Both the position numbers and the translations under genes were made by a program. DNA of 64,000 bases from Psammoneis japonica (lineage: Eukaryota). Position 1 is the stretch's first letter; each line of letters begins with the position of its first letter. Below are positions 11,740-23,971 of this stretch, one piece after another. The DNA lies in the NCBI GenBank assembly GCA_008632985.1, contig QPGO01000028.1, forward strand, positions 181,598-245,597, in the 5' to 3' direction. Below the pieces are notes generated by a model. That model was given only the letters and a program-made list of their open reading frames with translations, was not told where the DNA came from and did not search any database.

Positions 11740-13110
11740 ACCAACAGAAAGAGAGGCAACATTTTGTGACAACTTTCAAGCACCCATGCTTCAAGTGTGG
11801 TGTTGCTTCCAGCATGCTCAGCTGTGCTCTTCAGATGTTTAAAAATGTGCTCAGTTGTGCTCTTCAGATGTTTCAAAATGTGCAACTTCTGCCTTGTTCT
11901 CAGAAATGGCCAAAGCCAAACTCTGCTGGCTCTTTGCAAAACTCCAAGGTTCCACCCAGAGCCAGAGCATCATTGTGCATGTCAAAAGGTTGTGCAACAA
12001 ATTGCCATGAGACAACTGTGCCAATGACCCAAAATGTGGATTGATTGTTTCTTTGTTTGTTTGTGCTGCCACAAAAAGAGCAACTCAAGCACCTCTCCCT
12101 CAACACCCTTTGTCAGGAAACTGCAAAATCTCCATGTTTTGTTTCAAAAAGCAAGGGTTGACAATGTGCTCACCTGGCTCCTGGGCAGACACATCTTGCA
12201 GAAAGCTGCCACACTTGTCTTTGCCGACACTTTGCTCAGAGCACATGTTGTTTTCTCCAGGGAAATTTCCTCACCTGTGCATTTTTCTTGTTCATTTTCT
12301 GTGCAACATGCACCATGTTGTCTTTGTCAGGTTGTTCATCCATCACAGGAAACATCATCTCCAGCCCCAGGCAGGTGCTGTGTGTGAGCATGCAAGACAC
12401 GTGTTGGGCTTCCATGCAAAATTTCTTTCTGCACCAATGCTGTCAGTGGTGAAATCATTGGGTGATGAATGAGCCAATGATTGCCAACAAAACAAAAGGA
12501 AATTTGTGTGGTTGACTTCAAGCATTGGCACTTTGAACATGCCATTTTTGGTGTGCTCACAGTCACTTTGTTTGTGAAACAGACAAAATGAAATTGTGCC
12601 AACTTTTTTTGCAAAACCAGAGATGTGCAAATCCTCTGTTGTTGCCCACACACTGATTTGCCAAGTGCATGCCTGTGTGTGAGCCACAACAGATGACTTG
12701 CTTGTGTGCACCTCTGCACAAAAAAAAGGTGTGCAAAGCACAAAAAAGTTGTCACTGGCTGGAGTCAGAAAGAGGTGCCTCTGGGGGGCATCATTGTTTG
12801 CACTCGCCAAGTCTGGGGGTGTTGAAGCTCTTGTTGGAACTCCCAATGGTGTCTCATTGTCTTTGGACAGCAGCTGCCTCAGCAGCCTTTGCACTCCACT
12901 GCATGCAAAAAGTTGTGAGCCACAGCTTTGTGTGTTTGCTGGAGGTTGTTTGGGATTTTTGATTTTTGTTTGAGGTTCTGGGGGAGAGTTGATCTTGTCT
13001 TGATCTGCTGATTTCTTGTGAGAGGCAACTGGGTCCATGCGTTTGGTGCATTTGGCAAAGGTCTTCAGCAGGGTGAGCTTCTGGAAGTTTTCTGTGCAAA
13101 AATCAGGGGG
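11740..13110. repeat. Hypermutated duplicated block, homologous to about 42075-43345
   Basis: Shared strings such as CAACTTTCAAGCACCCATGCTTCAAGTG, CCCAGAGCCAGAGCATC and CTTTGGACAGCAGCTGCCTCAGCAGC. Confidence 0.85.
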
Positions 13111-13524
13111 AAGTCTCCAGCCAGCTGCTGGCTGAAAAAAGTCTGCTCGTCAGTGCATTTGGGGTTTTTGCCAGTGCAATTTTTGTGCACATAAAAGATG
13201 ATGAGTGAGTCCATCTAGCATTCACCAAAACCTCTTGATGCACAGATTGACAGACTCTTGTTTCAGTGCAAATTCTGCACAAGACAAACCCTTTCAGTCA
13301 GCAAAACCACAGGCATGCTGTGGCACTTGGCACAAATTGCATGTGTGCTTCACCGTGTTGAAAAAAATGAAAACCATGGCAAGCACAAAGGAAAGAGTCA
13401 ATCTGTCTCCTGCTCTGTTCAACACTGGGGTGCACCTTGACCACACAAACTGATTGGGTGGGGACAAGCTTGACAATGCGCAATGATTTTCCACCAAAAG
13501 AATGCACTTCATTGGTCATTGAGA

Positions 13525-13925
13525 GCCTCGCAGACGCGTTCCAGGTCTAGGTGGGACCTCGTACTACTGAACTGTGACATCGATAGTTTTTTGAATCACG
13601 TCGTATGTCGCGCACGTAGATTTCTACGTGATTTTTTCGATATTTTGTGTCATTTTACGGTACACTTATTGAGCGATCCGTCCAACAACTTTTGACATTT
13701 TTTGTTAAAGCGCGATTCTATAATGTCTTAAGAATCGCGTAGGGCAGGCGCATTTGCAAAAACGTCGAGTGGCAAGAGGCATAATTGTACCACAAACTTG
13801 GCAGTTTATTTGATGTTGAAGATAAATATATCCATTAATTAAATTCTCGTACTACGGAGCTCGCACGTAGAATTCTACGGGCCCAATGTCACACGGAGTC
13901 CCACCCAGGACTGGAACCCATCCGC
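13525..13925. repeat. Unmutated (TA/CG-rich) copy of the repeat family also present at 25280-25538 plus 29924-30065
   Basis: Colinear alignment; differences are dominated by TA or CG here versus TG/CA in the other copy. Confidence 0.85.
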
Positions 13926-14464
13926 AAAGTGTCTCCAGTTAATTGCCAGCAATTTGTGTGGTAATTTGGTGAGCAATTCACTGCACTTTGCCATGGCAGA
14001 ACAAGGGCTGTCCAATTTTTTTTATTCAGTGACATCTCTGTTGGCAAAAGTTTTGAGTTGCGCCACCTTTGCTGGTGTCGGGCAACACTTGCACAACGTT
14101 GAACCACCAGCATTGCTCATCTGGACATTCTCCACCCCTCATGCTTTTCACTGTGCTTTTGCCATGTGATTTTGATTTGCAACACGGCAAAGTGTTGATG
14201 CAAAACAATTCTGCACATTTTGTGTGCTGCATGCTGTGGGGGGTTGGCCTTTTTCTAATTCCACTTGGGCAAAAAATTAAACCACTCAGTGGTTTGCAAC
14301 TTGCGCAGTGTGAAACTTGCGACTGAAACAATGAATCAGCACCCATGTGTGCACAACCTTTTAAAAGAGGCAAAGAGCCATCATTGCCAACGCATTGTGC
14401 AGTCAGCAACCACTCGTGTGTGAAGCACGGTTGCCGTCAAATCACCGTCATGGTCATTGATGGT

Positions 14465-14920
14465 GAGTGCACATGCTGTCAAGCGCTGCTCACAAAAAAA
14501 GCAGTGATGACTTCCTTCAGAAAACAGGACAATGACCAAATTTTCAATCTTCTGTTTTCCATTCTGCCACACAAATTCTTGTCACTTCTTCTGTTTTTCG
14601 GTTCTTCCACACAAATTCCTTTCTCTTGTGAGCATTGCAATGGGAAATTTTCAATCTTCTGTTTTCCATTCTGCCACACAAGTTCTTGTCACTTCTTCTG
14701 TTTTTCTGTTCTTCCACACAAATTCCTCTCTCTTGTGAGCATTGCAGTGTTCTGCCAGTTGCCGCCAGCTGAACTCTTTGGGGCCATGCAGGTGTCAATC
14801 CTGGCAAAGCATGTAAGCACACCTGCCTTTCACCTTTCTCTGCAGATTTCCAAGAGGCCAAGTTGTGACTGTGTTCTTGCTCTTTTGAGCAGGATGCAAA
14901 ATCATCTTCTTGTTCAGGCA
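14465..14920 (+). repeat. Hypermutated third copy of the HA-gene upstream region, with an internal tandem duplication of about 105 bp
   Basis: Aligns to 43840-44210 and 16010-16320; tandem units at about 14538-14640 and 14645-14746. Confidence 0.8.
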
Positions 14921-16608
14921 GAAACTCAGATTGGAGGGAACAAAAGTGGAGAACGGAGTGTTTGTCAACAAGCTCCACAGTCAAACAACGTTGCCAAAAT
15001 TGCACCAACTCTGCTGTCCTGCAGAACAAAAATTTTCAGTGAGTGGAAGCTCTCCCTCCTTGTGAACATCTGCTCTTGTTTTGTTGCAGAGAAATGCGAG
15101 ACGCAGAACCCGCTGACTGTGAGTGCAAAGAAGATGCACAGCAGGGGGTGCAAGGCTTTTGCAGCAAGCAGTTTTCATGGACTGCACATTGCACATCATT
15201 CTCAGCATGACAGAGCCAAAACAAAGTTGCCACAAAGTCAACAATGAACTGCAAGAAAATGGAGCACAGCCACTCAGTCGGGTTTTTGTGCCGACGCTGC
15301 CATGTGCCTCGGCATTGACCGAGAAAGGGTGGTGGGAGCCACAGCACCTTTGGACCCCCCTGCAACAGACAGAAAACAATGAGATGTGAGCATCATTGGT
15401 GTCTCCTGCTGGTCTTTACACAGACATTTTGCAAGAACAGATCGGGCACATGCGCTGTTCACTGTGTCTGTCATTTGAAAACAGGGCTGACTTTTGGTGC
15501 GCTGGAAGCACCAAAATTTGGTGCTGGAAACACCAAAACCATGCAGTGGGAAAGAGTGAAGGCAAATTTTGTTGACGGCTCCACAACTGACCTGACCCTC
15601 TGCTTGTGACCCCAAAAGTTGTCCGGAACTTACTTTGTGTTGGCGCACCATGACATTGCATTGGTGGGTTGATGTTGTGTGTTTTTCGTCGATGACGTGG
15701 TCACCCGTGGATGCACGGGGCTGGGCGCATGGCAGCGACGATGCCTGCGACTTGCGATCCGGGAAAGAGTCAGTTGTACGTACGTACAGTAGGGCCCTCT
15801 ACGTACAGTAGAGTCACAGTCGTTGTTCACTCAGCTGGATAAAAAACACTATGTAACATACGTGACAGTATTGCCGTAATATGATGACGATGTGTTCTGC
15901 GAGTATCAGGAAATACACATCTTCGAAATCCAAACATCCCTCCTTGAACAACCGATCACCATCTCAACGGACATCGAGCAAGAATGAAAATTTCTCAAAA
16001 AAGCATAGTGAGCACTTCATTTCAGAAACCAGCCAAATTTCAATCTTCTTGGATTTTGTTCTGCACTTTTTCAATCTCTTCTTGTTCTTGTTCTTGTTCT
16101 GCACTTTGCACAGCTCTTATTGCTTACACAGTATTCTCTCATTCTGTCAATAGCCGTCAGCTGAACCTTGGGTGTATGCAGGCATCAATCCTACTTCGTT
16201 TCACCGCACAGTCTGTTAGTATGTGAGTGCACCCACCTTTCTCCTTACTCTGTAGATTTGCAGGAGGCGAGTTGTGGTTGTGTTGTTTCTTTTCTGACCA
16301 GAATTCGTCATCTTATTCTGCTGCGCCTGTTTCTACATTCACCAGCGTATCGATTGAAAAACTATACGGAGCTTTTCTTTCCTCACCATCTCCACTTTGA
16401 CTACTCTCTGGAGATTGCCGTGATTTCATACAAAGAAGCCTATCGTCTCGTTATTATTACCAGCTCGGCAATTGGGTGTCGACTCAGCGGCGACAGAGCT
16501 ATTGGACGAGGGACGCACATCGTCCCGTCGTAGACTCGGGAAAGGTCAATTCAACTAGAGCTGCGCTTTGTCTGAGAACCTAAACGAGGTCCTTCAACCA
16601 AAACTGAA

Positions 16609-18618
16609 ATGAATGCAAATATTGGCACTTCAGATAGGCTCACGCATCCGAGAAGCCCAAGTCACGCGCCTTCTGCATTTGTCGCTGCTGTCAGAGAAGG
16701 AGTCACGCTGCCACACGATGCGCTGAGTGGTGTTGCAGCATTACCTCCAAGATTCCAAGGGCCAAATCCTAATGAATCCGTTGCTCAGCTGCTACTTCCA
16801 CATCTTGGGAGTCTTACGCACAATCACGAGCTAGCTCCTCCTCCTCCAGTGGGAGAAAGTGACACCGCCGGCTACAGAGGACCTTTTGCGCCTCTGGGCA
16901 GTGTGTTTGCATCTGTGCCTCTGCCTTCCAGCTTGCTGCCTGGTTCACATCTTGAAGATTTTTCTCTGTTTCCTTCTCATACCCGGAGATTACCACGCGA
17001 TGTGCTCTCCATCGATACAAAAACAGCTCCGCTAGAACGAAGCCTTTACTCAACAATAGCACTTCAAACCAAGGCAGAACGGGCTGAAGCACTTTTGCTC
17101 GAGTCAGTGGTACTAGAACAGATGTTACATAAAGAACAGCAAGAACTGTTGCATGCAAGTCAATTGCAATCATTGATTCAAGCGATTTGTCCTGCCTATC
17201 TCGATGTGCCTGGTTCGTGTTTGCAGCAAACTGGACTGTCGCCATCTGCGCTGGTGTTGCTGGCCCTACAGCAGAATCTCGCCAATTCGGTATCGACTCA
17301 GCGGAAAGAAAACAAAGCGTTGGACGAGGGGCGTCCATCGAGTCTGGACTCCGGAAGAGTCAACATTCTAGACAATATGGGCGCTTGGAAAACCCGTCTC
17401 CAAGAATTGATTGATTTTCAAAAGTGCAACGGCCATTGTCGAGTTCCTATCAATAATCCGGTAAGGATGAGTGTCAAGATATTGTTGCCTTTGTGTTGAG
17501 AGCGAACCTTTGTTTCATTTCTAGTTTTCCTTTCGGTTTTGGTGTTACTTTTCATACAGCCGAATCCTGCACTAGGGTACTGGGTATCAAGTCAGCGGCA
17601 AGAAACGAAAGAGTTTGGCGAGGGACGTCCATCGAGTGTAGATAAGGAAAAAGTCAAACTTCTGGACGACGTGGGCTTTGTCTGGAAAGTTGATGAGAAA
17701 AAGGAAGCGGGAGAAGATGCACAGCACAATCATGGGGAAACTCGTCGTAATCAACTGATTGAGTTCAACGACGAGAGGAATCGTGACAATGGTCTTGTTC
17801 CTGAGGAGTTTCGGGTAAGGATGAGCTTCTAGTGATTAGGCTTCCCTTGTCGTTCAGAATACATTCGTGTCCCTGTCCTGAGCTCTCGTACTGTTTTGTT
17901 TCTTTGTTGGTTCGTAGCCATATCCTGCACCTGAGCTTAGGGTGTCGCGGGAGTCTTCTCATCAGCGGCAATTGGACGATGGGTGTCCAATGAGACTCGA
18001 CGAGAGAAACGTCATGTTTCCAGAAGAACGGAGATCTATCTTGAACAACATGGAGCCAAGTGGAAACCAAATAGAAACGAACAACAGGGAAAAAATCAGC
18101 CAGCACGACCATTGGGAAAGTTGTCTTAAAGATCTTGTTGAGTTCAAGAGGGCTCATGGACATTGTCAAGTCCCTCTCGTATACCCGGTAAGAATGTGGT
18201 CCACGTGGTGACTCTGCTCTCTTCGTTCCGTGTGCGTTTGTGTCCCCGTCTTGTTCACTTTTACGCTCATTTCCTTTGTGCGTGTTGCCCATCCATGTAG
18301 CCGCATCCTGCCCTTGGTTCTTGGGTTTCGGCGCAACAAAAAGAGAAAGAGGCGCTCGACGCGGGACGCGAATCGAGATTGAATACGGAAAAGGTCAAAA
18401 TTCTGCAAGATCTTGGCGTTGTCTTGGAAACAGCTCCTAGGGGATTAAAGAGAAAAATTGGCGAGCCAAACCAATCTGACGTTGTTCATCTCGAGGAATC
18501 CGCAGCTCGGCTTTCGCCGCAACACCACAGGGATCATGCGCAGGCTCCCCTCAGGATCAGGGCAAGCTTTGCAAACAGCAGAAGAGGACGACGTCGCCGG
18601 GGCTTGCGTGCTTCCTAG
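16609..18618 (+). CDS. Helicase-associated (HA) repeat protein, copy 1; exons 16609-17460, 17560-17814, 17918-18187, 18301-18618 (about 564 aa; true start may be upstream)
   Basis: WKTRLQELIDFQKCNGHCRVP..PNPALGYWVSSQRQ..LLDDVGFVW and WESCLKDLVEFKRAHGHCQVP..PALGSWVSAQ; three phase-0 GT-AG introns give a continuous frame. Confidence 0.85.
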
Positions 18619-19020
18619 AAGTAAGGTTGCATCTTTGCAAGCTGTGCGCTCCCTTGTGAAACTGTGCTGCAAGGGTGAATGGAAGCGATCTAACACTGCA
18701 GGAGTCTCCAGAACAGAAGCGAATGTGTTTGAACCAAGGACTGCCACCGTTGTGACCAGATCTTGTGCCTTCCAGCGGCTGTCGTCTTGATCAGGAATCT
18801 CTGCAGTCGAGTTTCAATGCTTCGACCCCACTCCACCTTCGTCAACATGTCGACCGCAGCCTTCCACTGCATCATCTACAGTAGTCCTGGGAATCTACCG
18901 CTCTCGCATTCAACATATGGACATTTCCGTTCGTCCTGGAGACTCGAAATGTAAATATAAATGTACATAATAAACACATGTCACATCATGTAGATGCTCT
19001 TCATACATGTGTTTTCAATG

Positions 19021-19467
19021 TGGTCCAGATTCTACGTACGTAGAGCTTATTATGTTTTCTACACAAATCGCCAAAGTCGGCAGCCAACTTGAACCCTCTC
19101 CCAGACGATGGAAACTTGGACATTTCACATGACAAAGTGTTTGGACTGCATAATTACACTCCCCTCGACTGGAGAGAAGTTACAAGTTTTCATGGGTTTC
19201 TGAGGACACACAAAGAATCTAATCAGAAAGAAGCCAAAATCGCAACGTTCGAGAGTTTTAAAGAGCCATGCAAAACGAGAAACCTGAGGAAACTTGCAAC
19301 TTCTCTCCACAAACAAGTCAAGGGGAGCACAGTTGGGTGGCCCAAACACTTTGTCATGCAAAATGTCCAAGTTTCCATCATCCGGGAAAGGGCTCAATTT
19401 GGCAAGCCAACTTTGGCAATTTGTGCAGAAAACACACTGAGCTCTGCGTGCGTGGAATCTGGCCCAC
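19021..19467. mobile_element. MITE with about 150-bp terminal inverted repeats
   Basis: 19021-19171 is the reverse complement of about 19314-19467 (shared GATGGAAACTTGGACATTT..CATGACAAAGTGTTTGG). Confidence 0.8.
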
Positions 19468-20012
19468 TTTTGCACCAGTGCCACCTGAAAATGAGGGCTG
19501 CAATGATTGCAGTCAATTGTGTTGACACCATTGCATGGACTCAATGGACGCTTGTGTCATTTGTCAATGGCTGTGTGCCCCGCATGAGAAAAATGATTTC
19601 TGGGTCTGCGTGATTTCCTCATTTGAAAAAACCTGGGTGTGGCACCCTGGTGTTTGGCGCCAAGACTGAACGATGTGGACACCCAGTGGTGTGCAGCCAT
19701 GGTGGGGCCAGTTGGCCATGCATGTTTGGGTTCGATGTGGTGCACAACTGGCCACACCTTGCAGGAAAAGCTGGTGGCAGCAAGTGGAAGCGCGAGACAC
19801 ACGCAACACCCTGAGACCTTGCTTCAAAGCAAAAGAACACGGTGTTGGTGAAGACGTTGTACAATGACATGACAACAAGTCATGAGAAGAACCCCAACTG
19901 GGCCAAGGAACTGAGTGCATTGATGTTGTTCAGCTGCTTTGATCTTGTCTGGAAATGCCTGCTCGCAGAGTCGTGAATGGTGCTCATGTGTTGCTCGCCG
20001 TGGCGCTGTTGG

Positions 20013-20451
20013 TGCAATGTGCAGCTGCTGACAAGAGCCAATGCATCACGGCGATGTGTTGCAGCCTTTAAATGTCACAAAGGGCATGACAAAAATGACC
20101 TTTTGTCTGCATGCATGCTGCATCATGAATTCACAGCGGAGTGGTTCATCGCAACCATTGGGCAGGAGGCCAGGGGTTCGAAACCCTGAGTGGGAGTTGT
20201 CTGCAGCAACGTTGATCACTGTCGAATGCGTAAAACTCTGTGCAGTTCTGTGTGTTCCTTCGTGCGCACCCACACTGTTCCGCCAAAACCGTGCAGTGTC
20301 AGTGCATGTTAGCAAAGAGCTGCATGGACGCGTGACACATGGGGAGGAGTGCAACACACAGCTGCCAACAAGAGCCAATGTGTCACGGTGACGTGTTGCA
20401 GCCTTTAAATGTCACAAAGGGCGTGACAAAAATGACCTTTTGCCTGCATGC
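20013..20451 (+). repeat. Two direct repeats of about 100 bp enclosing a tRNA-like A-box/B-box segment
   Basis: 20013-20115 matches 20350-20451; CAGCGGAGTGG (20134-20144) and GGTTCGAAACC (20175-20185) lie between them; GGGGAGGAG precedes the second repeat. Confidence 0.6.
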
Positions 20452-23400
20452 AAACTGCAGTTGTGCTTGTCATGCTGCTGTTGCGCGTGCAGGACGAGGT
20501 GTCCATTTCACCACCAGCGACTCTTTTTTGACAACAGCAGATGTTTTGCCACATCTGATTTGCAGACATTTTGAGAAGCACTTCATGGTGACTTTGTTTG
20601 ACCGTCAAACAGTGATTTTTTTGTCCAGATTCCAGAGTTGTTTTGGGGTGTTCTGTTGGATTTTTGAGTCACCACATGTGTGCATTGGAAGCATTAAAAA
20701 TTTCAATGACATGCAAAAGCATCAAGAATGTACAAAAATTTGCATTCCCTGCAGACCGCAAAGAATGTGTGCCAGCAAAAATCCACCGCATGTCAAGCCA
20801 CTCAGCAGTGATTCCATGCATTTTCTGCTTGCACCTCACACATGCCTGCACAGTCCAATGACCGTGCACAGCATGTGCAACATGAGGATTCAAATCAAAG
20901 TTTTTCACACAAAAAAGGTGATGTCAACGAGGACACCAACCTCTGACAGCGAGTGCTTGCACACGCAAAAGAGTCGGGTGCCTGTGATGTCTTCTGTTGA
21001 GGAGGAATTTGGCACATGCTCCAATCAGCTGGATGTGCCGACATGTCATGTGACCCAGTGCTTGTCTTGACATTCAAAGACCAACCAAATCCACAGCCAA
21101 GCTGCATCCAAGAAGAGACTCTTGCGTTCATTTGAGATCTGCTGCCACCAAATGGGGAGGGGGGGTGCAGCATTTTGTGAGTTGGGAACAAAACGCCACA
21201 AGAGACCCAGCAAGCCAGCAAGAGTTTGCACCCACCTCACTCTGAAACTGACACCACACCAGCGCAGATGAAAATTTCTCATGTTTTCAGCAAAGTGTGG
21301 CCAGAAACTGTGTCTTCTTGCACCAAACCAGAGTGCTTTTGACATCTCTCCATTCACTGCCGCAGCCAGCAAACACCAACTTTTCTGGGCTGCACCTGCT
21401 TCCCAGCTGCTGCTGCACTGTCAGAGATGGCTCAATTTGTGTTGCTTCACTGCCAGGGAGAGAGAAAGAAAGAGGGAGAAAGAGCTCTGTTGACAACCAG
21501 CCAGCACAAAGACTCAGGTTGAGAGTCTCAGAGGGGGCAGAAATGCTGGTGCAGAAATGCTGCAGAATGGAGAAGATGTTGTCAATGTGCAACACTTGCA
21601 CTGCTGCCCTGGCAGCATCACAGTCTTCATTGACAGCTGCAAGACACACTCACCAAGGTTGGTCACTTGGATCAACATGGAAGCAGCAAGCCACAATGAT
21701 GTGCCAGCCCACATGGCAAGCCAGCGGGCCAACATGAAGTGCGCAAGCTGCTGACTGCTGAGGATGAATTTGCACTTCAATTTAACCTGAGACATCATCA
21801 TCTCACAATGCATCCCCACGAGTCACAAGGAGACCCTTGCAATGCAAGTGTGGTGCTCTCCAGCCTGCTGCTGTCAATGTGCGTGCATGTGCAGATTGCC
21901 ACACAAGGAAAGGCAATGAGGTCCCAGAGATGAGCTGGATGTTCCTCTGGCAGAGCTCCAGCCAACCTTCAAAAAGGGTGAAAAGATTGTTGGTTTGCTT
22001 GCTGGCCAAATGAAAGATGAGACCAAATTCTCCAAGTCAACTCACCAAGGATGACACCCAACCAGAAGCCTTGTCAGGCTCACCTGCACTGCCCTTCTCA
22101 AGGTGTTGCAAGACTTGGATGGCCTCTTTTGCTTTGTTGATGTGGCCCACACGCTGTCATCAGTGCTGTCCCACCCCCAAAAGATTTGCACTTGCTGGGA
22201 TGCCCCACAGGCATCCAACCCACTTTGTGATCTCAGAGATGGCAGGAGAGCTGACAAGACTGAGATTTGGCAAGACTCTTGCACACAAGGATGACTGGAC
22301 ATCACAAGTGCCCCCCACAGCTTGATGCAACAACCAGAGCAGGAGCACCTCATCCAGCTTTGGCAAATCAACAAGACTGTGGCCAAGCTCAGCCAGAGTG
22401 CTGACAACCTTTGCTTGGTTTGCTGTGGGATTCCCCAAAATTTCCAGGATTGCTTCCTTTTGTCATGCTCTTTTCTGCAGGGAGCATGAGTTCCAGGGGA
22501 ATTGCCATGAGCACCATTTTGTTTTGCACAAACTGTGGACATGGATGAAATGAATGAACACGCTTGAAGCTCCCCAACTTCCCCTGCATGATTTGCCATG
22601 CACAGATGCCCACCTCTCATGCAGCACATTTCTGCATCATCTGCATGCCCAGAAGCATGGAGCCACATCATGCAAGTTGTGATGGCTTTGGTCAGTCAAC
22701 AATGACACCAGTCAATCTGGTCAACAGCATTGATGGGTTGTGACCTGCAGTGCAAAAGACAAGGTGAAGCATGATGTTTTGTGTGCAAAATGCCAGCACA
22801 ACTGATTGTTGGTTTCTTGCGTGTGTTGTTTCTTAAAAAATGCAAACCACAAGGCATCTTGAGTGAAGGCCATTGTGAGTGCAGAACCTTGACATCGCAT
22901 GGTCAACAAAAAATGTGGCAGATTGGACAGTCTCATGTGTGTCACTCCCTTTGACATGTCTCATGTGCAGAGTGCAGAGGATCATTTTGTCATTCTTGCT
23001 GTGTCTTGCAGCCACAAATGTAAACCATGAGGAGTCTGGAGCAAAGGGTGAGGCCACAGATGCACTTCCAAAAGCCACAAGATCAGATGCACACAAAGAA
23101 AGAACAAGGAAAAAGTGGCAACATGAGCAACATTGGCACATTTGTCAGTCACTCCCACTCTTTGTCTGTGTCTGTTCATCTGATGTCATGTTGGTTGGGT
23201 GCAAATTGAAAAGCCTCATTTGCCCATGATGAGCAACCTTCCATCTCAGGCCACAGCACACCTCCTTTAACAACATGAGAGTCAATCCCCGCCTGACAGG
23301 GGCTGCAAAACATGGGTCAAGCTCTGCCACCCTTTGTGGCTAATTGAGAGCAGAGGTGGGCACTCTCTTTTTGGATGATGAACTTGAACATGGCAGAGAC

Positions 23401-23939
23401 CCAGGTGAATGGCAGTGCACAATGTGCATGTGTTTTGGGGGGGGGGACAAGGAGGGAGCAGAGCAGATGGCTTCATCAACATGATGCCAAGGGGCAAAGT
23501 GTGCAGCATTTCAGCCAACAAAAAGCAAGCCTTGAGTCCTTCAAATCAAGGTGCATGTTGGCAAAAATGTGCCTGGGTTGGCTGATTGTGAAGTGGCAAT
23601 GCAAACAGTCATGGCACTTTTAGCACAAGCAAGAGACACAAGCATGGAAGGATGCAGGCTCTGCTTTGCACTGTCAGCTTTGGCACACATTGCCTTTGAC
23701 CAGTCTTGGTTGAGTCAAAAGGAGAATGTTCTTGTTTGCTTTGTTCCAACACAGTGCACAAATTTGGCGCAGGCAACCAATGTTAGTGCAGGCTCGTCAA
23801 TGTGCTCAAAACTGTGCCCTGGCAAAGAGCTGAGCTCATGGCTGAAGTGGATGGCAACCCAGAAAAATGGGGAAAAAATGACTGCATGTGCTTTGTCATG
23901 TGGTGTGTGCTTTTCTGTTGCAACAGTGGTTTTGCCGCA

Positions 23940-23940
<1 letters not shown>

Positions 23941-23970
<30 letters not shown>
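23941..23970. repeat. (CTG)10 microsatellite
   Basis: Direct reading. Confidence 0.95.

Positions 23971-23971
<1 letters not shown>

Noticed and set aside
20125..20200. Functional tRNA gene
   Set aside because: Only A/B boxes and a T-arm are recognisable; no convincing acceptor stem or anticodon arm.
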